A stretch of 63,151 nt of DNA, counting the filler, from Dugesia japonica (lineage: Eukaryota), in NCBI GenBank assembly GCA_001938525.1. It is 6 parts of 6 records of this genome, joined end to end, with 100 filler letters (N's around TTAATTAATTAA, not from the genome) between each part and the next. Parts side by side here need not be neighbours in the genome. Positions count along the whole stretch, not along the records: positions 11,687 to 24,133 come from MQRL01623972.1; positions 24,234 to 32,976 come from MQRL01619809.1; 4 more parts are not named here. One strand, given 5' to 3'. A program made the position numbers and the translations under genes. Under the pieces are notes generated by a model. The model was not told where the DNA came from. It ran no database searches and saw only the letters and a program-made list of their open reading frames with translations. The stretch's first letter is position 1, and each line of letters begins with the position of its first letter. This document shows, in pieces, positions 12,275-26,220 of this stretch.

Positions 12275-12975
12275 TTTGTAAAAGCCTTTCCAACCACTTT
12301 CTTTGAATATTGAAACCAAAGCCTGATAAAACCACGCATTACTAGTTTCGTCAACTACAAAATCAGCCATTTGTCTTGTCATAATCACTAATAAAAATAA
12401 CCTTTGATCATATTTAAGAATATTATCTGTTAAAATCTTACAAAGTGCATTATAATTTTCAATGAATTAATCAACAATTAAATTTAATATCAAATTATTT
12501 CAGATAAAAATTGTTGAAAGTAATAAATTTTACCTTTAAATGGATGTGTAATAATAACTTCATACAATTTGAACACTGATATTTCCATTAAAATTACTGA
12601 AAATTCTGACCATGAATTGCTTTCCATTACATCTTCAATTTCATCTGCTTGAGAATTTTCACAAACACGCTGTGCAATAATTTTCTGACTGACATTACTT
12701 AATGTAGTAAAAGATAATCTAGCAAACAGCCCGGTTGTAAGGATGTGAGCAATTCCCCGTTTTTCATACATATAAAAAACATATCTTCCTATCCAAGGAT
12801 AGCGCCAAGATTTTTTGGTTAAATTAACAAGTGAAAACAAATTATGCCCCATAAAAGGTTCCATAGGTTCATGGCCCAATTGAATAAGAATGGTGACATA
12901 TTTTAATGGATTAAATATTTGAGGAAATAATAAACCTAAACTTTCACTGTTAGAGGAATCATCTGCAGGTAACAT
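12275..12975 (-). CDS. MTCH: Mitochondrial carrier homolog (MTCH1/2-like), first two exons (12975-12534, 12387-12275); remainder lies beyond the contig end
   Basis: NPLKYVTILIQLGHEPM.P, YPWIGRYVFYM..KRG....TGLFARL; GT-AG splicing restores HPFK/VIMTRQMADFV...SIFKESGWKGFY, matching the MTCH2 pattern. Confidence 0.8.
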
Positions 12976-15900
12976 AGTTATTTCTCAGTATTGGCCAAAT
13001 TTTTTCTAAAAATAGCTTTAAGTAACAATTCAAAATAATTAAATTAATTAGAAAATTTAAACAGAAAGTAAAATTGAGAAAAAAATAAATTGAGAAAATT
13101 TAATTGAATTTTGTAACTTTTTGTATATTTCTATTTCTTAGTTTGTTAATCAATTTTGAAATAATAAAATAACTAATTGAGGTTACTTAATTTATAAATT
13201 TCCCAACAATGGATACCACTTATTACTTTCATCTTAAATTTTGAATCATGATTGTTTCAAAAAACTTATGACAACTTTATAATTTATCTTATGCAATATA
13301 TAAATTATACATAAAATAACATGACTTAAGTTTACAAAGTAAATTTTTAAGTAATATTATTGCATAAATATTAAAATCAAAATATTTATTAATTTTTAAA
13401 TTTAATTCACATAAATATTATCTTCATTATTCAAGCAACCTTTGATAGCATCGTTAAGGTTTTTATTACAAAATTTGTTTATAAATAAGAATCGACAATA
13501 TACGTTTTATTGACTAAAAAAAGTTAGACACAATTAGCAAAATCAATACACTTTTGAGATAGAACTCAGCGAAAATAATAAAGAAAGTATACAATATATC
13601 AAGGTTAGAGACAGGTGAATTGAAACTATTAAGAAAAAGCAAGGCGTCACTTTTAGAAAATAGAAAACATAAGTAAACGTGTGTAAACAAATCCATTGAT
13701 TTTTTTTAAAAAGGAAATTTACTAAACATGTGTAAACAAATAAATAGTTGTATTTGCATTATTTCTTTTACATTCTGATTAATTGCGCTGCATAATTCGA
13801 ACTTATTACAGTAAAACAAGCAGTAATATGACTAATTTCATTAACTTAATCATGTTTCGAATTAAAATTATATTATAATAACTTTACAAAATTTTTAATG
13901 TTTGATGAAGAATTTATAGTACTTCCCAGTGCACTAGAAACGTGTATTTTATTAAAATAATAGAATTTATTAACATTAAATTTGATAATGTCATCTCAGT
14001 CCATAGCGATTTTTATTAAAGTTTTACTTCATCACAAAAATTAAGTAACCCTTCTAAAATTTCGAAATGGAATCAATAATTATTTTATCTCAGGCATAAT
14101 GGAAAACATAGAAAAGATTTTGTTATGACTGGATTGCAAATTGGGCGTTCAATACAAGATGTGAAAAGAATTGTAAAAAGAACTAGGTGTTAATGGAGAT
14201 CATCTGAATAACTTGGTGAGTTCATTATTTAGAACGAGAAATACTATATTTCGTCAAGTTTCTCGTTGATAATAAATACTCATTTTCCAGGAGACAGATA
14301 ATTTAAATAAATAATAATAATATGTATAAAATTTTGTTAATGAACTAGAGATTTGTGAAGAATTTGTGTCGAAAATTTAATGTTTATATTTTTTCAACCC
14401 AATATTAGCTGTCTCATAAAGCCAATAATAAACATAGTACTTGTGAAAACAGTGGCACCAAGAAAAAACTATACGGTGGTTTTTGTTGGGGTGAAACACT
14501 TGAGATTGAAAAATAAACCAGCGATTAGGTACCCCTGAAATTCGAAAGAATGTCATAAGAAAGAAAACGAAGAATACAAACAACAGAAGGANNNNNNNNN
14601 NNNNNNNNNNNNNNNNNNNNNNNNNNNNNNNNNNNNNNNNNNNNNNNNNNNNNNNNNNNNNNNNNNNNNNNNNNNNNNNNNNNNNNNNNNNNNNNNNNNN
14701 NNNNNNNNNNNNNNNNNNNNNNNNNNNNNNNNNNNNNNNNNNNNNNNNNNNNNNNNNNNNNNNNNNNNNNNNNNNNNNNNNNNNTATCATCTCACAGAAA
14801 ATAAACAAAACCGAATTAATTAGCAAAAGTAAACAGCGAAATTAAATTAAAGTTAATCTAGAACAACAAATTAATATTTTGGAAGAAAATAAAATAATTA
14901 ATTTATTTATTTAAATAAAATAAATTGAACAATTTAAAATAAATTATTTTTAAAAGAAAAATAATTGTTTCATGAAAAAGGGCAAAAACAATGACTTCCC
15001 ATAGTGACAAAATTAGCAATTAAAATGATTCTGCTCAGGAAATAGTCGGAGATCTTGAAAATCTAAGTTAAAAAATCGTCAGGAATCTCAAAGAAAAGAT
15101 ACAGGGGTTTGAAGGTTAACCAATGGATTCGAAGTCCAAAAATATCAACCAATAAAAAGAGCTCACATGACGTTCAAGCCAATGGAAACGTCAGAAAAGT
15201 CATACGATTCCCAATAACCAATGAACGGCATGGGGGTGTGAAAAGAAACCGGTATAAATACCGATGAAAATTTCACCAAGAATCGATCTTTATCAGGTAA
15301 AATATCGAGTTTGACCGGAAAATATTTAATTATCACAAAAGGTGATTATTTTTATTCTTTGATTCATGGTGCAACGATTTCCGACTTAATGTATTATAGA
15401 AGTTATAGAACCCACAATAATCAGTGTCGTTATGAAGATGGGGATCCAAATTCATGGTTAATTGTTACGCAATTGGTGGTCATGAAAAATCAAATAATTC
15501 CTGTGTGCTTGCTCCGGATCGGGATTCAGTCATGTTAATTTGTTTGCTTATTATAATTGTTAAATTTATGTATCAGTAACAGTAAAATTTAGAATATATT
15601 TGTTCATTCGTTGAATTCTTCTATTCCTTATAACAGTAAAAACATAAGGTATTGATTTTTTAACCTAAAAGTAGTAATTAAGAAACTCGGTTAAAAATGT
15701 TTAACCGTTAATGCGAAAAGATTTTAATAATTTAGGACCTCATAAATGATAAAATGTAATCTAATAAACGAGTTATAAGCTGAAGTCTAATAAACTAATG
15801 ACTGATAAGTAATAAGTATGATTTGTAAATCNNNNNNNNNNNNNNNNNNNNNNNNNNNNNNNNNNNNNNNNNNNNNNNNNNGATAAGTAATAAGTATGAT

Positions 15901-16059
15901 TTGTAAATCAAGCGAGTATTATGAAATTTGGACCCAAACCAAAGGAGTGCGAGTCAACGACTCCATTCCGAAGATCTGAATTTTTGGGGACACCAGATTA
16001 AATTCTTGGCGGGGTTTTATTAGGCCAATCTCCCTAGACATAATTATTAAAAAATCGAC

Positions 16060-16420
16060 CCACATAGATAAAACCCCAGCATTTTTATCAATTGGTTTAG
16101 CAAACTAGTAAGTATATTAGCGGTAACAAATAAAGACGAAGAAACAATTTTCGGAATAATTTTAAACAGATGGATATATCGTTTCGGCAAACCGAAGATC
16201 ATATCAGCCGACAGAGAAAAAGTATAGGAAAGTAAGTTCATGTTAGGAAAGTTTAATATTAAACAAGAGTTCAGCTCTACATATCAACACCAATCCAATA
16301 GGCTTGTAAATGGAATAGATTGATCTAAAAGATCACAGTGTCACTTAAAGGAAATTGTGTAAATAAAAACTAAGATTTATTTCTAACAAGAATTGAGTTC
16401 AGTATAACCGCTTCAAGAGT
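16060..16420 (+). mobile_element. Gypsy integrase fragment; upstream 15000-16015 may be its LTR and PBS (TGGCGG at about 16007)
   Basis: FSKLVS..AV.NKDEETI...ILNRWIYRFGKPKIISADRE...FNIKQEFSSTYQHQSN. Confidence 0.65.
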
Positions 16421-16504
16421 AAATTAAATAATTTAAATAAGTAATAATTTTTCTAATTTTGTAATGTAAATTAAAATGCATGAAAGGAACAGTCAAACAA
16501 GATA

Positions 16505-16660
16505 AAATAATAATGATTTGGGGATGACTTGTCTCACATGATGTTGGAAGACTTCGTAGGTTAAAAGAAACAATATCGTCAAATATTAATTATACAGATG
16601 TACCTTCAGCAAACAAATGTTTCCCAGATGGTAATTACATTTTCCAGCACGACAACAGTT
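16505..16660 (+). mobile_element. Tc1-like transposase fragment
   Basis: IMIWG....DVGRL....FPDGNYIFQHDN. Confidence 0.6.
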
Positions 16661-16791
16661 AAATCAAAAGAAGTAACGTCCATTGAAAGTTTATTCAATG
16701 AGTTCAAAATATAACTCTTAATATATAAATCTTAAAACCCAATATATTAACAAATATTTAGCTTTTATAAATATTTGACTTCTCTCTCTTT

Positions 16792-18950
16792 CTAGAATCT
16801 GTATCTCTTTAACCATTTGATTCTTCTAAATCTGTAACCTTGAAGAGTTTCTAAACTAATTTGGTGAGGTGTTAGAAATTCAGTCTTTTTATAAGAACCT
16901 TCATAGAGTAAATCATTCTTCTTCCGTTTTTGAGGGTCTTTCCTTACTAGCACGTCTTCACCTATTTCGAATTCGCAACTAACATGGCTATTTTCTTGAT
17001 TTATCATTGTCTTTAATACTCGTTTAATATTATCGTAAGCCTTAGTTATAATTTCATTCTCTCCAAAGTTGTGTTTCTTATTTGTGTGAATATTTATCTT
17101 CCTTCTATAAATGATTTCCATTGGTGAGAATCGCGTTGACTTTGATACAGTACAATTGAATGCAAACTCTACTCTAGGAAGAAGCTTATCCCACGATCTT
17201 TCCTCCTCTCTTGCTTTCATTGAAGTCACTATCAGGTCTCGAACTGTTATGATTGCTCATTCAGGTAATCCATTAGATTTATGTTTATATGGAGATGTAA
17301 AAATTCATTAAATATTAAACTTATTAGCTAGATTTTGTAATGATTTCCCTTCAAATACTTTACCACGGTCTAACAATTTTCTGTGGCTTTCCAAATTTAA
17401 AAATCCAGTGGTTTAGTAGAGTGATTTTTACAGCGATTTCATTTTGATTGTTTGTTGCAGTAAAACTAATCATTTTACTAAATTGATCATTGATAACAAT
17501 TATATATCTTTTATATGATCGGCCAATATCTATATATGCTATATACATAACGATTTGTTCCATAAGATTACTAACTTCGCGATTGGAATAAATTTCTCTT
17601 GAACCTTTTCACCACTTGTTTTCCTGCGCATGAAAAATTTACATTGTTGTATTATATTTTGAATATCTTTATCATATTTGCTAAGAAAAAATAATCTGAA
17701 GCATATTTTATAGTTTTATATTCCAACATGATATAAATCTTTATGTACTTTATTAAAAAAATCGTTTATTTTATTTAGTGATACTGCAATTTTACGAATC
17801 CCATCACGTTCAATGCTTATCAAATTGTTTTCTACAAATAAATTATTCAAGTATTTGCTGTAAATTTATTCGTTTGGATCTTTAAGAATCTCTTTGTCTT
17901 TTACGGAGAGGTCTTTATCACTTTAATAAACAATTTGTTCCTCTTAAATCTGTTAATATAGCTATAGAAATTGCCTAAAGAATCATTTAAGACACTCAAA
18001 TATTTGACTTTAGACATCTAGACATGTTCAGTTTGACATTGAGAACAATAACTTAAAAGAATACGAGACATGCTATCTACATTTGTGTGTTGCTCACCTT
18101 TCCTATATATGAGCTCAAAATTATATTCTGCCAATCCGGTTATAGAGGTTTAAAATTGTGGTGTGATTAGTTTATGGGAAGCTTAATAAATTCCAATGCC
18201 TTGTAATTGGTTCGTGCTACAAAATTTTTACCATATAAATAATGACCAAAGTGCCTGATGAATTCATTTAACGCCAGCAATTCTTTACGTGTCACGCAAT
18301 AACCTTTTCATGAGCCGTAAAAAATTATCACTTCACGACCGTTTTGAATTTGGCTCAATATTGGACTGATACCACTAAAGCTAGCATCAGTATCCAATAT
18401 ATATTGGTTGCTTGAATCCGGAAAACCTAATATTGAGCAGTACGTAAAGGTTGCTTGATATCGTTAAAGCTTGTTTTGCACTCTTCAGTCCATTCAATTT
18501 CTCGTTGATGGCCATCCGTTGCAGCATAAAATTGGTTTTGCAAGTAACTAAAAATTCTTAACAAACTTCCTGTAATAGTTTGCCATGCTTAAATAGAAAC
18601 GCAATTGCTTAGTACATTTTGATGTTTCTGCTTTTGCAATTTCTAAGACCTACTCTGAATAAGGCCTCAATTTGTTTTTGCTAACTGTATGGCTCAAATA
18701 AACAATTCATTTTGATATAGTTTAAATTTATTGGGATTGATCTTGAGACCAAAATTCTGAATTCTTTGAAATACATTTTCAAGTATTTTATTGTGTTTTG
18801 ATCGACTTTTTGCAAATATTAACAACTTATCAATATATACAACTACACCTTTAAATAAAATCCAATCCAAAATTGTATGCATCAATTTTTGAAACGTACC
18901 TAGAGCAGTTGATAACTAAAATGGCATACGATTGTAGCAATATTTTACTA
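16792..18950 (-). mobile_element. Degenerate Ty3/Gypsy pol (RT-RH-IN)
   Basis: YNRMPF, TFQKLM, VVVYIDK (YxDD), LDTDAS, CVTRKELLA, HTNVD, FGKPQKI, WDKLLPRVEFAFN, YEGSY in Gypsy order. Confidence 0.85.
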
Positions 18951-19299
18951 CATAAATCAAGTAAAAAAGAATAATGATATTTATATCCTGACAATTACAA
19001 AGCCCAAATATATTAATATAACTTTATGATGATCCTGGTTGTAACTTGAAACATGATATTTATTGTATTTTTTAAGATATCTATCTTGGAACAAGCAAAT
19101 AGGTTTTAAGATACTTCTGACAAGTGGATGATAAAAATATTAGNTCTAAAATTGAAAAGGTGCCTATTTAGTAAATGGTTCCAAAGTTACATTCCAAACA
19201 AGTTATTTTTCGTAAATATTAGAAAATTTATATTTTTATAATAAGACAAAAAAATAGACATTCAAGTGATATCCTAAAAAATTCATCTAAGCAATTTAA

Positions 19300-20165
19300 C
19301 CTCCACAATACGGAAAACGACATATGAAGCAACATACGTGATTATTTCTGCTCTGGGGTTAAGATCTACTAAGTTACAAAACATGAAAAAATAGTACAAA
19401 TGATTTAGAAGCGAAAAATCGGATCTTTAGGATTTTCTACATCCTGAAAAGTCAAGGAAATCTGCGAATAAAGACCTGGAGAATTTGTTTGATAAAATTC
19501 CATTTCAGACCCAAGGAAGGCAAACTCAATCGACTATATTCATCCCACTCAAACAGCTTGCATGAGAGTGCCGCACAGTTTTACTACAAAGAAAAAGAAT
19601 AGACGATACGTAAAAAGATTTAACAAGAAGGAGTTTCTGCACAAGATCATAACGGAAGATGTAATGTGGATATATTAGNAAAACATAAAACGAAGGAAAT
19701 CTCGCGTTCTTCCATGTAAGCCTCTCTCAACTGTTGTCAAGTCCAAAAGCCACGTAGCCAAAACCTTGCTGTGCATTTGGTGGGACTAGGTAAGAGGGAT
19801 ATACTATAGGTTGATGAAACCAAGCGAACAATCACATTGGAAAGGTACAAGAGGCAACTGAACCGTGAGAGAGGTGCTCGAGAAAATATCCCATTTGATG
19901 GTGCTGGAACTAAGTCTGCCATTCTTCTGCTGACAATACCCAACCACGTACTTCGAAGACCACTGTGAACTATATTTCCTTTTTAGGTTGGAAACTTCTC
20001 CTTAATAGCACTAACTCACCTGATATTGCGCCACCGGATTATTATTTATTCCAGTCTCTTCAACATCACTTGGCTGATTCGCGGTTTGAAGCAATTGATG
20101 ATGTCCAGAAATCTTTTTACCGGACCTGGATTCGCCACATCCCTCTAAGGCATGTAAACTAGTGA
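19300..20165 (+). mobile_element. Degenerate mariner transposase
   Basis: FLHKIITEDVMWIY, LLCIWWD, NSPDIAPPDYYLFQSLQHHL. Confidence 0.8.
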
Positions 20166-21039
20166 GCGCAGAACAATGACAACTGAGTAAATTTTTTTAT
20201 GGAAATTATATTCTCGTGCAGGGTGTCTAAAAGGGGGTGGGGGTCACGAGTCACGCTCCCCGAAAAAGGGCTTTAACCAAGATAATCCTAACCTTCCTAC
20301 AGACCGATTTGACTCACGACTAAGAATATTTTGATTCCCAAGAAACAAATGTAATCAATTACTCCAGAAATTATCACAAGAATTATTCTTTAGNTGCGCT
20401 GAGACATCAAACAAGCTGCACGCGCGCAGCTAAGCGGGAACATTGAATACATACTCAATGAATGCGATTATTTCCGAGATTGATTTGCAATTATATCTTC
20501 ATTTTATTAATCTTTTCCATTCTGATATTAATATTAAAAATAGGCACCTTTTCAATTTGCAGACCGAATATAAACCAATGGAATACGATGATAACAACAA
20601 CCACAGAAATGAATGTAGAAATTATGGATTATACAAAACAAAAATTAAGTATAAGAATAGTTTTATTGACCATTAACAAATATTTAAATATCCACAAATT
20701 TCAATATATCGATTAGATTTCAAATAATTTCAACAAAGCAGGAAAGAAGCATAGCATTAGTAAACGAACAATTTGTACATAATCCAACACATATCAAAAG
20801 CTCTAAAGTATATACAAATCATATAATTAATTCAACATTTCCAATTGTTCATTGAGTTCTGTGTACAATCTCTGCATGCGCAAATTTAGAGCAAATAGAG
20901 GTAGAATTTCTTTTAGTATTTCACGTTTTGAAAATCGCTNNNNNNNNNNNNNNNNNNNNNNNNNNNNNNNNNNNNNNNNNNNNNNNNNNNNNNNNNNNNN
21001 NNNNNNNNNNNNNNNNNNNNNNNNNNNNNNNNNNNNNNN

Positions 21040-21910
21040 AATAATAAATACAAATAAATCAATGAATAATATTTAAAATAATAAATACAAATAAATCAAT
21101 GAATAATATTTAAAATAATAAATACAAATAAAACAATGAATAATATTTAAAATAATAAATACAAATAAATCAATGAATAATATTTATAATAATAAATACA
21201 AATAAATNNNNNNNNNNNNNNNNNNNNNNNNNNNNNNNNNNNNNNNNNNNNNNNNNNNNNNNNNNNNNNNNNNNNNNNNNNNNNNNNNNNNNNNNNNNNN
21301 NNNNNNNNNNNNNNNNNNNNNNNNNNNNNNNNNNNNNNNNNNNNNNNNNNNNNNNNNNNNNNNNNNNNNNNNNNNNNNNNNNNNNNNNNNNNNNNNNNNN
21401 NNNNNNNNNNNNNNNNNNNNNNNNNNNNNNNNNNNNNNNNNNNNNNNNNNNNNNNNNNNNNNNNNNNNNNNNNNNNNNNNNNNNNNNNNNNNNNNNNNNN
21501 NNNNNNNNNNNNNNNNNNNNNNNNNNNNNNNNNNNNNNNNNNNNNNNNNNNNNNNNNNNNNNNNNNNNNNNNNNNNNNNNNNNNNNNNNNNNNNNNNNNN
21601 NNNNNNNNNNNNNNNNNNNNNNNNNNNNNNNNNNNNNNNNNNNNNNNNNNNNNNNNNNNNNNNNNNNNNNNNNNNNNNNNNNNNNNNGAATAATATTTAT
21701 AATAATAAATACAAATAAATCAATGAATAATATTTATAATAATAAATACAAATAAATCAATGAATAATATTTANNNNAATAAATACAAATAAATCAATGA
21801 ATAATATTTATAATAATAAATACAAATAAATCAATGAATAATATTTAAAATAATAAATACAAATAAATTAATGAATAATATTTAAAATAATAAATACAAA
21901 TAAATCAATA
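21040..21910. repeat. 37-bp AT-rich minisatellite spanning an N gap
   Basis: Unit AATAATAAATACAAATAAATCAATGAATAATATTTA(A/T), repeated on both sides of the gap. Confidence 0.9.
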
Positions 21911-22807
21911 GTTCCTGATGGCTTTCAAAGAATCAATAGTGTTGCGGATACTCATTGACATTATTGGTACAAAAGTAACAACAAATATGTTCTCAAATAT
22001 CTTACAAAACAGTGTTGATATGCGCCCCTATCTACCTACTACTATGGAGTTAACTCCATAAAACATAAAGTTGAGAAAAGCAACAAGATTTATTAAAATT
22101 ATATTTATTTTGATGGCCAATCAATGTTTTCCTTAAATGGTCCTGATCCTTATTGTTAGTGTATTGTTAGTATTACGAATGTATATATCAAGAGCATTGA
22201 CACTAAAATACAAAAACATTCTAAAAGTGAAATGAATCGATTTGGAATATAGATAGTTCATATATTGGACAGTTTTGTGTAGTTTATTCATTAATAAATT
22301 GAAATAGCTACGTTTCTTTATATTTTTTGATTAACCAATTAATATTTCATCAATTAAGTAATATGTTGCCTCACTTATTATTCTTATAGGTATTGCGTCA
22401 TCCATAGTTAATTATTAAATAGTTAATCATTAGTATTTGATTATTGATAAATCAATAATTAAATTATATAATTATTCAATAGTTAATTAATAATTAATCA
22501 ATAAAAAAGCATTAACAATTATTAATTAATAAATAATTATTCAATAGTTAATTAATAATTAATCAAAAAATGATTAAATTAAGTAATTAAATAACAAATA
22601 ATCAATAAATGATTAAATTATATAATTATTCAATAGTTAATTAATAAATAGTTAATCATTAGTATTTGATTATTGATAAATCAATAATTAATCAATAAGA
22701 AAACATTAACAATTATTCAATAATTAATTAATAAATATTCAATAAATGATTAAATTAAAAGATTAATTAATAAATAATTATGCAATAGTTAATCAAAATA
22801 TAAACAT

Positions 22808-24120
22808 ACCAAGATATGGGGATCCCAATTTGATTTGGTTGATGTATTTATGGGTCCAAGAAAATTATGGCAAATATCTCTAACACGTGTTTCTTTGTCT
22901 AGAGGTAAATTATTATGATATTCACAATAACCATAAATAAAATATCATCTCTACCAGCTTCAATTAGATGTCGTATCCATAATAACAACCAATATTTATA
23001 CTCTTCTGGGGAATTGAGACTCTCAGCAAGTCTTACCTGAATTTCTAACCTATCAAGGATCAGTTCGAGTTTAGTGGCAACACTGAACGTTGTGGAACTT
23101 GAGATAATTATTAATCAATCAGAAAATACAGAAATCAGTAGCAACTACTCGTTATAAATTGATTCACTAGCCTGCATTAAAGCTAATGGCTTGAATATTA
23201 GATTTTTGCTCGATAATTTTGAAATCGACCAAAATTCTGATTTATTAGAATTGTTGAATACTTCTTGCCAGATTCCGAATGTCTTGTTAAAATAAAATGA
23301 AGATCCTCCATCAAAAGTCAAGCTGATATTGCCTTCAGTTGATATAGAAAGATTTTTAACAAGATTTTTGTCTCCATCATCTATTGAGCCGCAATATTAA
23401 TAATAGTAATCAATAATGTAGTAAATGCAAACCGGTTAAAAGATGCTGAAAAGATTCTTTCAAAAAAACCACAAAGGGGGTTATTGACCACACATAAAGA
23501 GTAGCCTTGATTGTAACAGCCAATAGATATCTACCGTCACAAACAAGATGTGTTAATCCACTATCCAATGAGAAAGGAGCTTGTATTCGACCACCTTTCA
23601 AATAAAATGTATGCAAAAACCCACAAACATCTCCGACAAATAGTTTATCTCTATTAAAACAAAAAAGGAAAATTGGAAAGAAAATTCTCAAAAATATACT
23701 TAAAATGAGCCATTGCACTAATCTGTTTGGTTTGAGTAATTTCCCATAATTTCTGATCGTTGTTATTTACACATATTTTATAGATTTTAGAATCATTTGA
23801 GTTGTTATTTGAAGTTTTACTACCACTACCATTTTCATTAATAATTTTAACAACAAAATGATCATTTTCCCCTGGCAACAAACACAACAAAGAGAAATTG
23901 TGTTTAAGAATATTTTGAGTTAACATTAATCTTTTTTCAGTAATTGATCCTAAAATAAATTTATTATTAATAAAAAACAAAAAAATGTTTGTAAAAATAA
24001 TTTTGTTTACGAAGTTCCAAAAAATTATATTTGAAAAATGAGTAAAAGTCGAATTCACTTTTAACTAATAATTTCGTATTGAACTTGTTACCAGATCAGT
24101 ATGGTCAAAGCAAAAATTTC
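22808..24120 (-). CDS. HIRA: HIRA histone chaperone, C-terminal Hira domain exons (partial; short introns)
   Basis: GFLHTFYLKGGRIQAPFSL...YLLAVTIKATLYVWSI; GSSFYFNKTFGIWQ; LEIQVRLAESLNSPEEYKYWLLLWIRHLIEA; LEICHNFLGP. Confidence 0.8.
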
Positions 24121-24133
24121 TGAAAATTTGTAT

Positions 24134-24233
24134 NNNNNNNNNNNNNNNNNNNNNNNNNNNNNNNNNNNNNNNNNNNNTTAATTAATTAANNNNNNNNNNN
24201 NNNNNNNNNNNNNNNNNNNNNNNNNNNNNNNNN
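24134..24233. other. Artificial contig spacer
   Basis: 44 N + TTAATTAATTAA + 44 N. Confidence 0.95.
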
Positions 24234-25319
24234 AATTTGATCCGATCAAAAATTTTTTGATCCCAAAAATCTTAGAAAAAAAAACCATCACAAAAATAGT
24301 GTCACAATCGTAATGTGTTTCCGAGCCCCCCCCCAGCGCCATGTGAGTGTGACAGTGCGCTACTATACCCCTACTTAGATATGCTTATTGATATCCTTGA
24401 AACCTTATATCAAATAATCAAAGATGACATCAAATACTGTGTAACTGAAATGGTTTGGATAAAAATAAAGGAAATAACTGGAGTGGATATCAAACATGTC
24501 ATGGACATCTTTTACAAATACCATGAGAATGAATGCAGTGATTGTGAAGAAACAAAAACCAATTTAAAAAGAAAATTTCTGGATTCTATTTTTTGCGATA
24601 GTATTAATTAAAGACATTGTAATTTAGTTGTAATTTCATTGTATTGATGTCTAATAAAATTTTTAACTTAACTTGTTGACTTAATTTTTATTAATATTTG
24701 TTGTCGTTAAATAATTTATAATGTGTAATAAAAAAAAATTAAAAAAAATTTTAAAAAAAAAATTTTAAAAAAATATATTGAAACATGATTTTCACCATGA
24801 AGGAAGCATTTTACGGTACAAGTTCATGAGACATTCCTATCTTACTTTTTTTTTCCTATCCAACAATATCTTTTGTCTTTCAATAAAATGAAAAGTGGGT
24901 TGATGCGCCATTATCTACTTACTCTCACGTCCTTCTTTTTTCACCATGAAGGAAGCNTTTTTCGGTAATTATTCTTTAGACAATGTATAGTCAGTTTTTA
25001 ATTCTAAGATCAACGATATCATTTTCAAGTTGAAAAATTCAAAGCTACCTCCCTAAAGTCAAATTTCTTAAAATGTCAAATATCTCAAATCTGAAGTATT
25101 TTCTCTGATAACAATGGATATATAAAATGTAGACAATTAAATTCTCTACCTCTTGCATATAAGCGTTTTGGGACTTTTATTCAAAATGGTGGAGATAAAC
25201 CGCTTTGAAATCTTTAAAGGGTAATATGTGTCCCGCCAACACACAAATCGAAATTTTGGAGATGGCAGACGTTCTTAGAATTAAATTTTAAATCTATATG
25301 TTTAAAGTTGAATTTCCTA

Positions 25320-25744
25320 CCACCTTTCTAAAACCGGGTGATGTTATCGTAATATATGATCTGTATCAGGATGCAAACAAATAAAAAGACTTTAATAATT
25401 TATTTACAAAAATAAGCAGACATTGTAATGTGACTGTGATATTCATNNNNNNNNNNNNNNNNNNNNNNNNNNNNNNNNNNNNNNNNNNNNNNNNNNCACG
25501 TAATTTAAATGTACAATACTTGGTTCTATTTAAAAACCCTAGAGATCAAACAGTTGTCAATTTTCTAGCATACCAGGCATATCCTAATAATAGACAATTT
25601 CATATTGAATCATTTTAAGATGCAACAATAAATCCACATGATTATATTTTTCTCGACTTTACACAACAATGTCCAGATGAACTAAGGATGAGAACCGATA
25701 TTTTCAATCCTGAAGGTGTTAGTGTGTATAAACAAACTAAGTAA
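25320..25744 (+). pseudogene. Polinton FtsK/A32-like packaging ATPase, C-terminal half
   Basis: VIVIYDL (Walker B), LFTKISRHCNVTVIFI, LNVQYLVLFKNPRD, DAT.NPH.YIFLDF, RMRTDIF. Confidence 0.85.
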
Positions 25745-25759
25745 GTATTATATTTTAAA

Positions 25760-26220
25760 ATGACGAAATGTAAGAAAATTATAGTTGATCAGATCTAAAG
25801 TATTCCTAAAGTGAAGAAAGATAAACGATCAAAAATGCGTATAATAAAAAGGGTGGAAAGAGGAAACAAAGTAATCAGTTGAATGTGTTTAAGAAACTTG
25901 CAAACCTGTATGGTAAGAAAATGAAGAACACAAACGGAAAATGGACATCGTTATAAACAATTATGGGTAAGTTATATTATTAAAGAATAAAATGAAAATT
26001 CAACAAAGTATTCCATTTTTTACATCGTTAATTAAATCTCAAAGATCAGCGAGAATGCAAATTTTGAAATCATTTCCAACGTTTGTTTTGGATGATTTAA
26101 TAGAAATTATTATAAATATTGTTCGCGAAAATGTAAATGGGAGCAATGCAAGAAAGGAAGTATTGAAAAAACATAAATGAACTCTATTAACACGATAGTC
26201 AAGCGTTTTAATAAAATCAT
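25760..26220 (+). pseudogene. Two small Polinton genes after the ATPase: a Lys/Arg-rich ORF and a core-like protein (25992-26180)
   Basis: Same order and sequence as 38745-39234 and 54654-55125 (SIPFFT.LIKS...ILxSFP...DDL.EIIINIVRENV). Confidence 0.65.

Noticed and set aside
21040-21910. 37-bp repeat as a CRISPR array
   Set aside because: Head-to-tail units with no spacers, eukaryotic context, no cas genes.
24315-24375. N-terminus MFPSPPPAPCECDS of ORF 24315-24611
   Set aside because: Starts at GTG and is read through a C-run and terminal motif of a repeat; likely not coding.
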